Positions 35,177-47,850 of a stretch of 64,000 nt of DNA are shown in pieces. Each line of letters opens with the position of its first letter. Position 1 is the stretch's first letter. The notes beneath the pieces are model-generated. The model ran no database searches. It saw only the letters and a program-made list of their open reading frames with translations, and was not told the origin of the DNA. The stretch is taken from contig CM052832.1 of the NCBI GenBank assembly GCA_028534125.1, positions 21,578,001-21,642,000 of the forward strand, given 5' to 3'. This DNA comes from Lama glama. Lineage: Eukaryota. A program made the position numbers and the translations under genes.

Positions 35177-36311
35177 CCTGAGAGTGGAGATGCTATAAAT
35201 AACAACACTTAAAAAAAAAAAAAACCCAACCATATATTTGAACGTTCTTTTCTTTGTTTTACAAAATGGCAATGATATTTACCAATGATGTTACTATGAG
35301 GGTTACGTGAGCTATTTTAAGACTTAGTAACTCAGTGTCTCATGTGTAACAGGTGATCCAACAAGCTTCCTCCCTCCCTTTTCTTGGAATGCAAAGGCAC
35401 TTGGCTCAAAGTACATCTTAGCACATGTTCCCCAGTCATGCTAAAAACAGGTTTCAAATTGTTCTGCAAGAAAGGCTAAAGAGAGAGGGCTTCAGTGGCA
35501 CTTCAGGACTATGGGGCTCCAGGCCTCCCACCTCCTGATTTTTCAACCAAAACAACTTCAGATTTAACTGTTACAGATTGGGTTTCCCCTTGAGATTTTT
35601 TTTTTTTCTCTTCCCGATAAAGGACTATGAAGCCAAGCAAACAAACGAACAAAAAAATCCAAAAATCCCCAATGTCTTGGAAGATACATCTTCAGCCTTT
35701 ATGAATGGCAAGGAAGTAAGTATGGCCAGCACAATCTAACTCCTGTGGGCTCATCTCCTTCCACTACCTCTTTCCTCTCCATGTTCTACCCACACTGAGT
35801 TGAGGGTATTGGGACCAACATCAACAGTCGACTGGGAAACAAAGCAAATTATTTTGAGAGGTAATTCTTGGCTTTGACGAATCAAGAGCTAGTACCAATA
35901 CTGCAAAGTTATTTTTATTAGTGAAGTCCATGCAACGATTGAAGTGACTGAAAATTAGCCTCTATGAATAGTCTGCATGGAAAAACTACAGACAAGAATA
36001 TTTTCAAAGACGCTGAGAAAACACTATAACCTGAAATGGAATCTGCTATGATGTATTACAACTGATGGTAGGTAAAAGTATGTGTGAAACGCACACCAAA
36101 AAAAGGCTTAAGAAAATAAATTAACCACCTTGTGAAATGAAAGCCTATGATACTGATCAGCATATACTTTGTGGAAATATATGAATCTTTTGTTTTTTGG
36201 GGGATCAGGATTGATAACTAAAATTTTTCTCAATGAGAAGAACCAACTTCAACCACTCTCATCAAATGGTCTTGAAAATTAGCTTTTGTTATAGATTTGA
36301 TACTGTTTCTT

Positions 36312-37133
36312 TTTTTTGCTGTATAGTTGATTTATTACGTTGTGTTAATTTCTGGTGTACAGCTTAGTGATTCAGTTGTGTGTGTCTATATATATGTATA
36401 TATACTTCCTTTCAAATTTTTTCATTATATTCTTTTTTATTATAGACTATTACAAGTTGTTGAATATAGTTCCCAGTGCTATACAGTAGGACCTTGTTGC
36501 TAGTCTATTTTATATATAGTAGTTAGTATCTGCAGCTTCCAAACTCTCAATTTATTCCTCTACTCCCTCCTTTCCCCTCTGGTAACCTAAGTTCCTTTTC
36601 TATGTCTGTGAGTCTCTTTCTGTTTTATAAATAAGTCCATTTGTGTCATTTTTTTTTAGATTTCACACGTAAGTGATATCATACAGTATTTTTCCCTTTC
36701 TGGCTTACTTCACTTAGTATGACAATCTCTAGGTCGATCCATGCTGCTGCAAATGACATTTTAATCTTTTTTTGTGCTGAGTTGTATTCCGTTGAATATG
36801 TATGTACCACATATAACTTCCTATCACCTAATACCAGTCAGGATGGCCATCATCAAAAAGTTTACAAATGATAAATGGTGGAGAAAGTGTGGCGGAAAGA
36901 GAACCCTCCTCACTGTTGGTAGAAACATAGTTTGGTGCAGCCACTATAGAAAACAAAATGGAGATTCTCTAAAAACTAAAAATTGATTTACCATATGATC
37001 CAGCAATCCCACTCCTGGGCATATATCTGGAAAGAACTATAATTCGAAAGGATACATGCACCCCAATGTTCATAGCAGCACTATATACAATAGCGAAGAC
37101 ACGGAAGCAACCTAAATGTCCATCGACAGGTGA
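36312..37133 (-). mobile_element. L1 insertion with 5' inversion
   Basis: 36312-~36812 is L1 3'UTR on the minus strand; ~36820-37133 is the ORF2 C-terminus on the plus strand (YHLIPVRMAIIKK; atatgatccagcaatcccactcctggg). TSD ttgatactgtttctt / ttgataacgtttctt. Confidence 0.9.
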
Positions 37134-39854
37134 TTGATAACGTTTCTTAATGACTTCAACCTAATTATTACATGGCAGATTTTGCTTTATGCAAAACGTA
37201 CACTGTTTAAATCACAAGTAATATTCAGGTGCTTTCCAAATTTACCATACCATCAACAGTGAAAGCTTGCTCTCCACCCCCACACAAATTTGCAGCAGAT
37301 TAAATTTTTTGAGCTCAAACTACACTACCAGCAGCATTTTTCAGATCTCAATACAAGTGCAAGGGAAACGCCCACACTTAGAAATCCATTTAGCTGTGTG
37401 ATTGAGAGGAGCTTCCACCCAACCTTCAATTGGAGGTAACTGATCTGATAAGAGGCAAACATCAAGAAAAGGATCTAACAGAATTTCATAAAGGTCAAGT
37501 GATAAATATGTTCAGTTAAAACCATGATATACTGATATATAAATTGATACGAATATTTGGCATGATGTATGTGCGTGAAAAGACATTTTCAAAAAAGAAA
37601 TACATAAAATCTTATTAGGCACCAACACTGACGAATGAATATTTAGCAATTGATTTTGATGATGGGGACCATTAATCTTTGAACCCCAATAAGTGAAAAG
37701 TTATCCAAATAAAGTAATTGCATTCTTCTTACTAGTAGGTCAGTATTTTACATATTGTACATTACTATTACATTTTAAATTTCATCAAGTAAAATTTCAT
37801 GAAAATTGGTTTTCCTTATAGATGGATGGTAGACAGATAGATAGATACTCCTTGATTTTTACTTCTTGATCTTCAAAAGTGTAAAACATTATCTGACCCT
37901 TTATCAAAAAAGCTTGCTAACCCTATACTAGATGCTTCTCTAACAACCCTGAATAGTTTAAAATATATATAAAAGTAAATTTTTCCTTTCAATTATGAGT
38001 TGTGCACAAAAGAAAACCTATGGCTGCTTTTTTTTCTTTTTAATAGTAAAGAAAAGCATCAGAGTACAAGAGGGTCCCAGGAGATTAGGTTAGATGTGCC
38101 CTGTCTCAGGGATTGCCTGTGCTTTAGTCTGACAAATTCTGTACAGGGAATTTCAACAGATTTTAAACAAGCCCAGTCTCCTCCAAACCTGGGTCTCAGA
38201 ATCTTGCTTATAGAGAATTTAACTATTTAAGCACTATTTAATGTTAATTAAATATTATATGTTCCTGTGATATGTTCCTATGACTGCCTAAGATTGCTGG
38301 CAATAAAGAGAGAAAGATGTTGAAATAAAGTCCTTACTGAAGTTCAAGCACAAACATCAACATGCACTAACACATTAGCAGAATAAATATTTCACTATGA
38401 AAATTTCTTGATTTGCTACTTCAATCTGGGTCTATTTCATTAAAATGAACACCAGTAAAAGACATATGTCTTCATACATGCTATGCAGACAAATGCACCA
38501 TACTGTAAAATTTGTAGATTAAAAGATTTTTAAAGTAATTCAGTTCAGAATTCCCAAATAACTTTCTAAAATGAAATTTTGTACTCTTGTGCCTTTTGTT
38601 TACAAAGGGAAAATGTCGAACGTGAATTGCTCATATCTGATTTCTTTACATTTATCAAGTTGAACTGAAATTGGTTATTTAAAAAAAACAACAAAAATAT
38701 TTGTTGAGATTAGATTATCCAGGTTTTTTTGCATGGATGAACAAACAGCTGCGCTAAACTAACCCTACGTCCACGTGAACAAGTCTGTAATGCGTTGAAC
38801 TTGTAGGCAGCTTGTGTTGGCCTGGTAACAAAACAGATGTTTTCCTTAGTGATTTGGCCAGCTTTACTAGGTACAGATCAGCCATGGGAGCAAACTACAC
38901 ATGTGACTTAAAATACTGTATTCATCTTTGTAAAATAAAGCCTATCAGACTAGCTCATCTACAAGCTGCTTTAATTGGCCACTTATTTGAAATTACACAG
39001 GTGTAATTTCAAACATTGTTTTTCTTTTTACAAATATTTTATATTAAAAACACTTAAAGGATGTTAGAGTCTCCAGAGATAAGACAATGATGGTACAAAG
39101 ATAAAGCTGAGAGACTCATAAGAGAACGCATTGCAAAGCTAACAATAGTGACAGACAGAACACAAGCTCCTTAGCAGAGAGGATGGGGACCACCTGGCAG
39201 GACCAGAATTTCGTCTTCATCCACATATCTCAATGCAGTTTGGTTCAATTTTCTCTATCTTCCTTCCAGGTCCTGAGGAACACATATGCTGATTTCTTTG
39301 TAACTGTGCTCTGGACTCCATTTTTCTCGAACCTGTGATAGGCTTTCTTGCCCTTAATGCTTGCTTGCTCCTTTTCTAGCACGTTCCTAAGGCTCACCTA
39401 TACGAGGGAACAAATCCATCCAGCTTGTCTTGTCTGGCTCCTCCATCCCTTTTCCCTAACTGGTTCCAAGTATTTTCCCTTCTCCCTTTCGTTCCCAGAC
39501 TTCTGGAAGAACAGTCCATCATTGCCACTTCTACTTCCCCACTATTACTTTTCTGGTAAACCCTCTATAACCTGGCTCCTGCCCCAATACAGTGATGAAA
39601 TCATCTCATCACTGGCAAATCCAAGAATGCTGCTTTCTGTCTTAATTCCACTTGACCTACTTACTGTGTTTGACACTGTTAATTACCCCTTCCTTAACTG
39701 TTCATTTGACAAATGATGTGATGGGGTGAGCTTTAAGGTCCACGGGTTGTCAAGTGTATAAACAGCATTAGGATAATAGAAAGAGCTGAGAAAAATGGGC
39801 CTTACAGGAGCTAAATTATATGGATAGTGTGTCTATTTTATTTATTATGATGTC

Positions 39855-39960
39855 TATATTATGTCTTCAGACACAGGCATTGTCCAGTGAAAGTGTGGTG
39901 TTCTTAATAAATATGCCAGGACAACAGGCATAAACCAGGATGGTCCTGGGCAAACAAAGG
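39855..39960. mobile_element. MER94-like hAT-Blackjack MITE fragment
   Basis: agtgaaag...taataaatatgccaggacaacaggcataaaccaggatggtcctgggcaaac. Confidence 0.68.
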
Positions 39961-42784
39961 GAAAAACCAAAGGTAAGAGGAATAAAGGCCTAGACAACTC
40001 CACACTTTTGAGGAAACCTTGAGACACTGAGACGTTTTCCAAATAGGATTCAAAAGTCATGCAAATAATGCACTGAAAGACCTGGAATGTGGGCCTTGGA
40101 ATGTGGGAATCTATCACACAGTAACAGAAAATGAATACACAGAGAATGAAGTAAGGGAAGTACTAGGCATCCGCCAGTACCCATCAGCTCCGGTCAAAAG
40201 AGAATGGGCCAACAGAGTAATGAAATCACCCCCACCCCGCCCCGTCAAAAATACCCCAGTAAAGGAGAAACTGAGTGGCTGGAGCGAGAGATCTACTTTT
40301 CAATGTTCCCCTATATACTCTGTGATTTTTTCCTCCATGTGCACGCCTTCCCTATTACAAAATAAGTAAGAATGAAATTCATCACGACATATTCACAGAT
40401 GATTTCAGGAAAGCATCAAAAGAAGGGATTTAATGGAAACTGATGCTTGTACCTTCATACAGCCTCAAAGTTAGAGCAATGAACCCACCTAAGCAGAAGT
40501 TTTACAGGAAATCGCCAAGGAAAGAGTGCTACTCCGCCACCACCTCATCACTCTGACTCTGACACTGTCTGCTTTCACTTCCATCTTGTCTCCTTCTTCT
40601 CTCTAGTCCATTCAGAAAGTGATCAACATTAACAGAAAAAAAAAGAAGTTAGTAACAACCAGTCACTCGCTAGATGTAGGGAGCAAGGAGAAGACCATTA
40701 AGGTCAGAATCTCCAAATTTTAGGTTGTAGCAACTTTGAAAGCTTAAGTACAGAGAAGAGAAATAATGAAGACTTAAAGCAGTGAGATTGGCTCGGGGAA
40801 GGGAATATGATGTCTGTCATAAGCTGAATTTAAAGTGTCCGTGGGGCATCTAGGTTAAAAGGTCTAGCAGGTGCTTGGTAAAGAGCTGTGGAACCTTGAG
40901 CCTCTCCCCTCCACTCACCCAGTCCTATCCCCCACACAGTTTTATTGAAAAATATTGATGTTTTAGTCTACAAATTGAGGATAAAACCTAGCTAGCTGAA
41001 TGTTGGGAAGATCAACAGAGATGAATGTCTATAAAGTTCTAAGACCCTGCCTGGCACAGAGTCAATCCTTAAATGGTAACTATTATTGTTGTTGGAAATA
41101 GGGCAGGTGAGTCAGAGTCAGATTAAAAAAAAAAAAAAAAAGACCTACGAGACAGTTCTGTCCACAGTCTAAACAAAATATTTCACTGACTCAGCCCCAG
41201 GCTTACTCTTATCATAGTGCCTCCATTCTGCCCAGATGACCCCATCACACCAGCTTCCTTGAGATTCCCTAGTTCCTGGGCCCACCAGCTTTCTTCTTGG
41301 ATTCTCTGATTCCTCCTTAGTTCCTGCGCTGAGTCCACCTGTATTTCATCCTCTCTGGCCCTACCTACCACCTCAGGCCTAGTGACCTCCACCTCAGACT
41401 CTTGGACCAAAGCCTTCTGCTGACTCTGCTCTGGCCTTTCCCCCATGGATTTTCCAGAGCATGGTCAACACAGGAACCTGGCACTGCCAGGCACTTCCCC
41501 TCCCTGACCACTAGGACTTGCTTCTATCTGGTTGAAAAGAGGAGCAAGGAATGACAAATTCTTAGGCAGGAGAGATGTGGAAACTGACCAGCAGATCACT
41601 ACATTCTGAATTCAAAAAGGAGGTGAGATAAGGTGGTACCTGCTGGGAAGTCCTGTCTTACTGCTGAATCGGTTAGGTAGAGTTGGAGTATTATCATTGA
41701 AAGAGGTGGAAAAACCTGGATGTGGCTAATATTAATACGGAAAAATTGACTGAAAAAGAAAACAGAGATGACAGCAAAGAGGGCTCTTAAAAAAGTAAGG
41801 TTTAAGCCAGGCTCCTACAGGCACATTTAGCCTCCTGGAGCGGGGAGCAGTGGGTGTGAGTGGTCGGGCCACAGCTGAGGGGGTGGGGAGGATTAGATGT
41901 AAAGGAATGCCAAAGATGTCACCAAAGAGCAGCGATACAACAGGGCACCATGGGGTCCGGATCAGGGGGAAGCCAGAAGGTTGGGGAATTAGGAGAGGTC
42001 GGATGATGGTATTCCTGACAAGGATGAAGGCAGGAGAGAGAACATAAGGGGGACTGAGGGTCACTGAAGAGTCGAGGTTCCCCTCTGGCAGCTGGTCATT
42101 CTTGTAAATGGACAGCATAAGGCACAAAATCCTGCCCAGTAACAGATAAATAAGCACCTAGAAATGAAACCATCTTCTCTGATAACATCTTTTAAGACTG
42201 CATCTATGTCTGGCTTCACACATGGGTAGTCTCCACTTTCCTCCAAAATGAATTCCTGGAAAAAGCATCATAAAAGCCTGACTTTTCTCATAGGGAATAA
42301 TAAAGACATCAGTTGCTGCCCTCCTGGTTGGGACTTGACATTAAGTAAATTAGAGATAAGAGCAAGAATATATCATAAAAGCAAAGATAAAATAATAAAT
42401 ATGTATAAGCATTTAAAACAGTAAAACTATGTTCCAAGTTTTAAATGGTAGAATTTTAGAGCAAAAGTGAACTTCAGAGCATGTTTAGTCTAATCCCTGC
42501 ATTCAAAAGATGAGACTCATTGAACTACAAAGATTAAACCAGTTTTTCCAACTCAACAACAAAAACAAACCTATTTTTCTTGATTCCGAATCAAATAAAT
42601 GCCTTCACAGCCTATTTCAAAGGAATCCCACAAAGTAAGCAAGATTATACTGTGATATTGTATACATTGAATATATAAGGATATACAATTTACTTACAGT
42701 CAGTTTACAGAACTGAAAATGCAACTGTACTATATGATAATTTTGGATTATCTAACCTTAATATATTAGCTGCATATGTATATA

Positions 42785-42935
42785 CAGCTGCCCATCCGTA
42801 TCCAAGGATACGAAACCCTCAGATACAGAGGGCCGACTGTACTACACTATTTTATATAAAAAGCTTGAGCATCCATGGATTTTGGTATCTGCGGGGGTCC
42901 TGGAACCAATTCCCGTGAATACTGAGAAGCAACTG
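42785..42935 (-). mobile_element. TcMar-Tigger MITE (MER2/MER8-related)
   Basis: TA-flanked; cttgagcatccatggattttggtatctgcgggggtcctggaaccaat; CAG...CTG termini plus an internal extra TIR-like gagggccgactgta. Confidence 0.82.
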
Positions 42936-44048
42936 TACAATGAATTTTAACTTGCCTCTATAATCTCCACTTCAAAAAAAAAAAAAAAGAAATTCTTGGC
43001 CGACTCTTTACATGATACTTAGGAATGGAAAACAATCCAAATGTTTCACAATGAGGGAAAAACTAAGAAGGGAATGTAAATTTATTAAAATGTTACATAA
43101 CCTCTAAGAATGATAAATACATGGACAACACTGAATCACAGAAATGTTTATTCAAAAAGTGATGAGAGAGAACTGAATACAAGCTAACAGGTGTTCAGCT
43201 ATAAATTCAGGGAACAATGTAAATAGGTGAAAATTAAGTTTTATTGTATTCTTTTTTTTCCCCCCTGTAGAGTTGTTCCATGTCTGTAACATAAACCAAG
43301 AAAAAGCAAGCAGATGCATTAGAAACCTGTCAGGAAAGTTTGGAATGAAGCTCTCTCTTCTTGATAAATTCCACTGCAGCTAGAAAGAGGAGCAGGGGCT
43401 ACTAAAATCAGTTTACTATTCATTTCTTTCAAGGAGAATGATTAGAGCACTTAAATATTCAAAGAATTCTCTTAAAACTCGAGTTTCCAAAGCCCAGAGA
43501 AAATAATCATTTCAATTCTTTCTGTTCATCTCTGTCTCATTGCTCATTACCTTCCTAACTCCAAATAAACAGACCAAAATCTACATGTCTCCAAGTGGAG
43601 AGAGAAGTCAGGGGGTGGGCCTGAAAGTTCTAGAGGAAAAGGAATAATAAGAACATTCATCCACCTTTGCAGTACTTTAAAACTTGCTTAAATTTATAAC
43701 AAAAATAAACAAGTGAAACCAAATCAAAACAAAAAACTAGAGTGGACAAGTATGCCTGCAGGAAAAACAAACAAAGCACATAGAAAAGCACTGAGATAAG
43801 AGTGTGCTTAATGAGAAATGGGGTGTCTGACTGCTCATTCCAAAGACAAAAATACTATCTCGGCTCAACTTAATAATCCAAAAAGCAAAAAGAATTTTGG
43901 GGAAGGGAGGAAATGGTAGACTAAGGTACAAGTTACAATTAACAAGTACCAACTTGAAAATGACTGTTTTCACATGAACTCTGTAAGAATTAAAGTTATA
44001 TCACGTAAGTGGATTTTTTTCAAGCCTATGACTCTATCTTTAATTTAG

Positions 44049-44085
44049 CAAAAAAAAGAAAAAGAAAAAGAAAAAGAAAAAGAAA

Positions 44086-44116
<31 letters not shown>
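44049..44116. repeat. (AAAAAG)n hexanucleotide microsatellite / pure purine tract
   Basis: About ten tandem GAAAAA units flanked by A runs. Confidence 0.97.
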
Positions 44117-47100
44117 GACTTTATTCTATATATTGTCCAGATAATACAACAGCAAAATTTCAGTTACCCGTTATTTATCAAAAACGTAACTGTGCAAAAT
44201 CGCAGATTGAAGGATGTAGAGTCCATCCATTCCTCTAATGGTCTAAATTTATGCTTAGATTAACACAGTGTGAGAAGATTTTGTACTTGGATTTTTCTGG
44301 GCTGTGGTCTGCCGTTCTCTTACCTACAATGAGGAAGAGGGGAAAAGCTCCCATGTGGCCACTCAGGAGGACGTGGTACGTTACAAGAAGGGTCACAGGC
44401 AGAAGTTTTGCCATGGTCTCAATATTTGGGACAGCTGCATTCCTGAGCACGTTTTCAGTCTTATCTACTTTGCGTAGATCGTGTAACTGGTAATATTTCC
44501 CTCTTTACATTGGCTTCGAGAAAGCCTGTGGTCAAACATGCAGTCTAATAAGCACATGAGGCTGGAGGGCCCGTCTGATAATAACCTCATCTTATTTTTC
44601 CTACATTAATTTTCTTCTTCCTCTTGATTTCTTCAACTGCATATAAAAAATTCTTACATTTCACATGTTTCTCCATAAACTACTCAATTCCTGAGCGCAG
44701 GTATAAATAAACAAATTCTGTTAATATATGTTAAAGAAACATGGACTCATGTCACCTATCAAACTGTTCTATATACTGTCCCAGAAAAAAATACTTCTAA
44801 TGTTGATAATTTTTATCAACTCATCTCTGAAATTAATTCTCATAACAGGAAAGTAAAACCCAGCAGATATAAACGTGTGTATCTTATTATTTTGTTGGCC
44901 AAAATAGAACTGCCTAGTCTTGTTATTTTACTATCTCTACTACATATTTTATTCACAAATTAATATAAAAGAAAATGCCACACACTAAAATTTATGATAT
45001 ATTCTTCAAGTGAGGTCTGTTTCCCCTCATTTGAAGATCTTATGGAAACCAAAGGAAAACAATCATAACTTTCCTTTCCCAGGTCACACCGTGTGAGTAA
45101 CTAACGTACCCCGTTAAAGTGAATGACACAGCAGAAAATGATGAAACAGCAATGATGCATTTGCTCCCATTTTGCAGTGAAAAGTGAAATGGCTATGATC
45201 TATGGTGAATAAAAACATACTGTGCCATTCTGTCCACTGCTTCTAGTCTCATGAAAATGTGCACTCTGTTCTGAGACAGATGAAAATTAAATCACAAACT
45301 AAAATTAAAAACAGGGAAATTTGCAGCAGATATTCTCCAGAAGACAAAATTCTGCCCATTAGAAAACAAAATCATTTATAATCGAAAAGCAAACCATGTC
45401 AATGATCTGAAGACTTTCAAAAGGACAGCAGGAAAGAGACGAGGGCACAAAGCTGGATAAGGGTATGAAAGAAGAAAATCACTTGACTTTTGTACTTAAA
45501 GAGCTGGGGCTTTCCGGCTTTCCAAACCAAAAACTTAATTTACAGGAAAAACACAAAGGCAATCCATATCAAACCATGGCCCTCAAGGCTTCCTGAGACT
45601 CAGAGCCGAGCACTACCAGGAGGGTGTGAGGTTACAGGTACCTTGGGTCACCCTCTGGGGTTCAGTTCCTCACAGTATGTTACTGTTAAATCAAGGGATC
45701 CTTTAATTGGACCTACAGAAATAAATACTCTATATGTGGGCTTTAAATCACCTCAGAGTAAGCAAATTTAAACCTGTATCATAGGGGTAACAAGTTTCCA
45801 TTCATGTGCCTCAATTTTAAATTGCTGCAACTTATTTTCAAAGGCTAATGTAGGAAAAAAATGGAATTTCAAATTGAAAAACATTTATCTTCAAACTTAA
45901 AAAAAAAATCACACGAACTGCTCATATTTTGCCCATATTTATCCTTCATTCTTTCAACCTGAGGTCACTCTTCCAACCGGTATTTAACCAGAGTGATCTA
46001 ATCAAAGGGTAACCGAATGATTAACGCTGATGCAATGTAATTCTGGCCCTACCCTTGCCAAAAATATATTGGACAGATACAATTCCCTCTGAAAATCATG
46101 AAGTGCAATATGGTAAAGTGAAAATTAATGCATTTCTTATTTAGTGATGATGACTGGAAGAGAAGTTACACAAAGCGCACAGTATACTGGCATTTCCCAC
46201 AGGCAGGTGGCTGGAAAACCAGTGTTGGGCATGACTGGTGTGAGCAGGTCAAAGCCTGAGCAGGTCACAAGTCATAGAAAGAGCCTCACGGCCAGGCTGC
46301 GGAGGCTGCAGTCAGGGAGGAGAGGTAACGTGATCAGAGAGATCATCACACCGCCCCTCCTGCTGCACACACAAAAGCAGTCTGGTAATAGTTTACAGAT
46401 AAGTCAGCTGACCCAGACTGGTGTCAGGTCTAAGTATGAGTCAAGCTCTCTTGACAACTTAAATCAACAGTTTACTGGGTGCAGTCAACCCGCCACTTAT
46501 CTGAGTTCCCGCCACAATCTATTGTTTAGAATTAACTGAAACTGATTACATCTCCCAGGACACTGGGCAGCAGCCAGGCCATGAGACTCCTGAAGATAAT
46601 TTGCCCCCTCTAAATAGTGCTCCAAATTAACTCGTGGGCTAGGCACGAACCTGTGGAACAACTCAAGACAGTATTCTTATGCTTTGATTTTGAAACACAG
46701 TGGAACAAGATAATGTTTCACATCATCCAGAAATTAGAGACCTAATTCTGCTTTTAAATGTAATTAAATTTTGTACCTGGGGGCCTAAAAAGGGGGAGGC
46801 AGTGCTGGGAGTCGGTACCATTCCACATACTGGTAACCCTTCTCAGATGTGGTGGTGGGTCCATGATAAAAAACATACAACGTCTGCTCAGAGGTGACGG
46901 GTGCTGGAAGTTCTCTCTGAACAAAACAGTCTTGTATATTGGCCCTTCAGAGTTCCTAACAGATTCTCTGTTACTTCTTCTTTTCCTTTAAGTCATTAAA
47001 GACTCCAGTCAAATGCAAATTCTGTTTAGGAAAGAAGTTTCCAGGCATTATCAACCAATAGCACTTCAACAGGAAAATTAACTACCAGGGCAAGGATGGT

Positions 47101-47634
47101 GAGATGTTCCAGGAAAGCAAGGATTACAGTGAAGAGGAGATTGAAAGGTTGGAGGACTGGCACTACTGGAGTTGAATGAGGGTGTGGAGTGAATAAAGGA
47201 AGAAAGGTCTTGAAATAGTGATGAGATCCCTGGTCCTGGAAAAAAAAAAAACCCATTAATTTCAACCCCAGTGACCCAGTTGATAGCATCATCTTTAGAG
47301 ACGTCAGTAGACCTCAATTAGTATGTAGCTGTTGCATATTCACTCTGTTTTCTCAATCTTTTAGAATATTCTGCCAAATAAACTAAACTTTTAACCTAAA
47401 GGGATATTTTCTAAAAATTTATAGAAAGAAAGTAAAACCGAAAAATATTTTCAATGTGTTTTTCTTCTTCCATACTGATTTTTTGTGTCTATCTTAGACT
47501 GCACTGGCTATGCACATTGGCTTCTACATAACATGTTATCATTTTTAAAAATTTATTATTTAGGTATCACGTAATGACTGTTCTGTGTTGTGATTGTGCT
47601 GCTACTGTTGTTACTACTAGTAGAAAAAGTACCG

Positions 47635-47850
47635 GCAACCTTCTAATGAGTGAATGAATACCCAGCACTGTCCCACATCTATCTTACAGCATCTTATCCC
47701 ACTTAGGTCTCACAACCACCTTAAAAAAAGGGTATTATTTTCCTCATTTTACAGATAAGAAAGCCAAGGCCAGAGGTTAAGAAATTTGGTAAATATTACA
47801 AAGACAGTCGGGATTTAAATACATCTAGTTTAGCTGACTTTGTGCCTGTG
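47635..47850 (-). mobile_element. MIR SINE
   Basis: ctcacaaccacctt...tattattttcctcattttacagataagaaagccaaggccagaggttaagaaattt. Confidence 0.8.

Noticed and set aside
39392..39415. Second AG|GTGAG recursive-type motif (and aag|gtaaga at ~23722)
   Set aside because: Short or interrupted pyrimidine tract or a non-YAG acceptor, and both lie in repeat-like sequence; treated as background for the 44.3-kb site.
41732..42157. 141-aa minus-strand ORF
   Set aside because: Pro/Leu/Ser-rich translation of a pyrimidine-rich strand, probably decayed L2-like sequence; no domain or convincing splice context.
44009..44263. ORF with a KRKRKR run resembling a nuclear localisation signal
   Set aside because: It is the translation of the (AAAAAG)n microsatellite.
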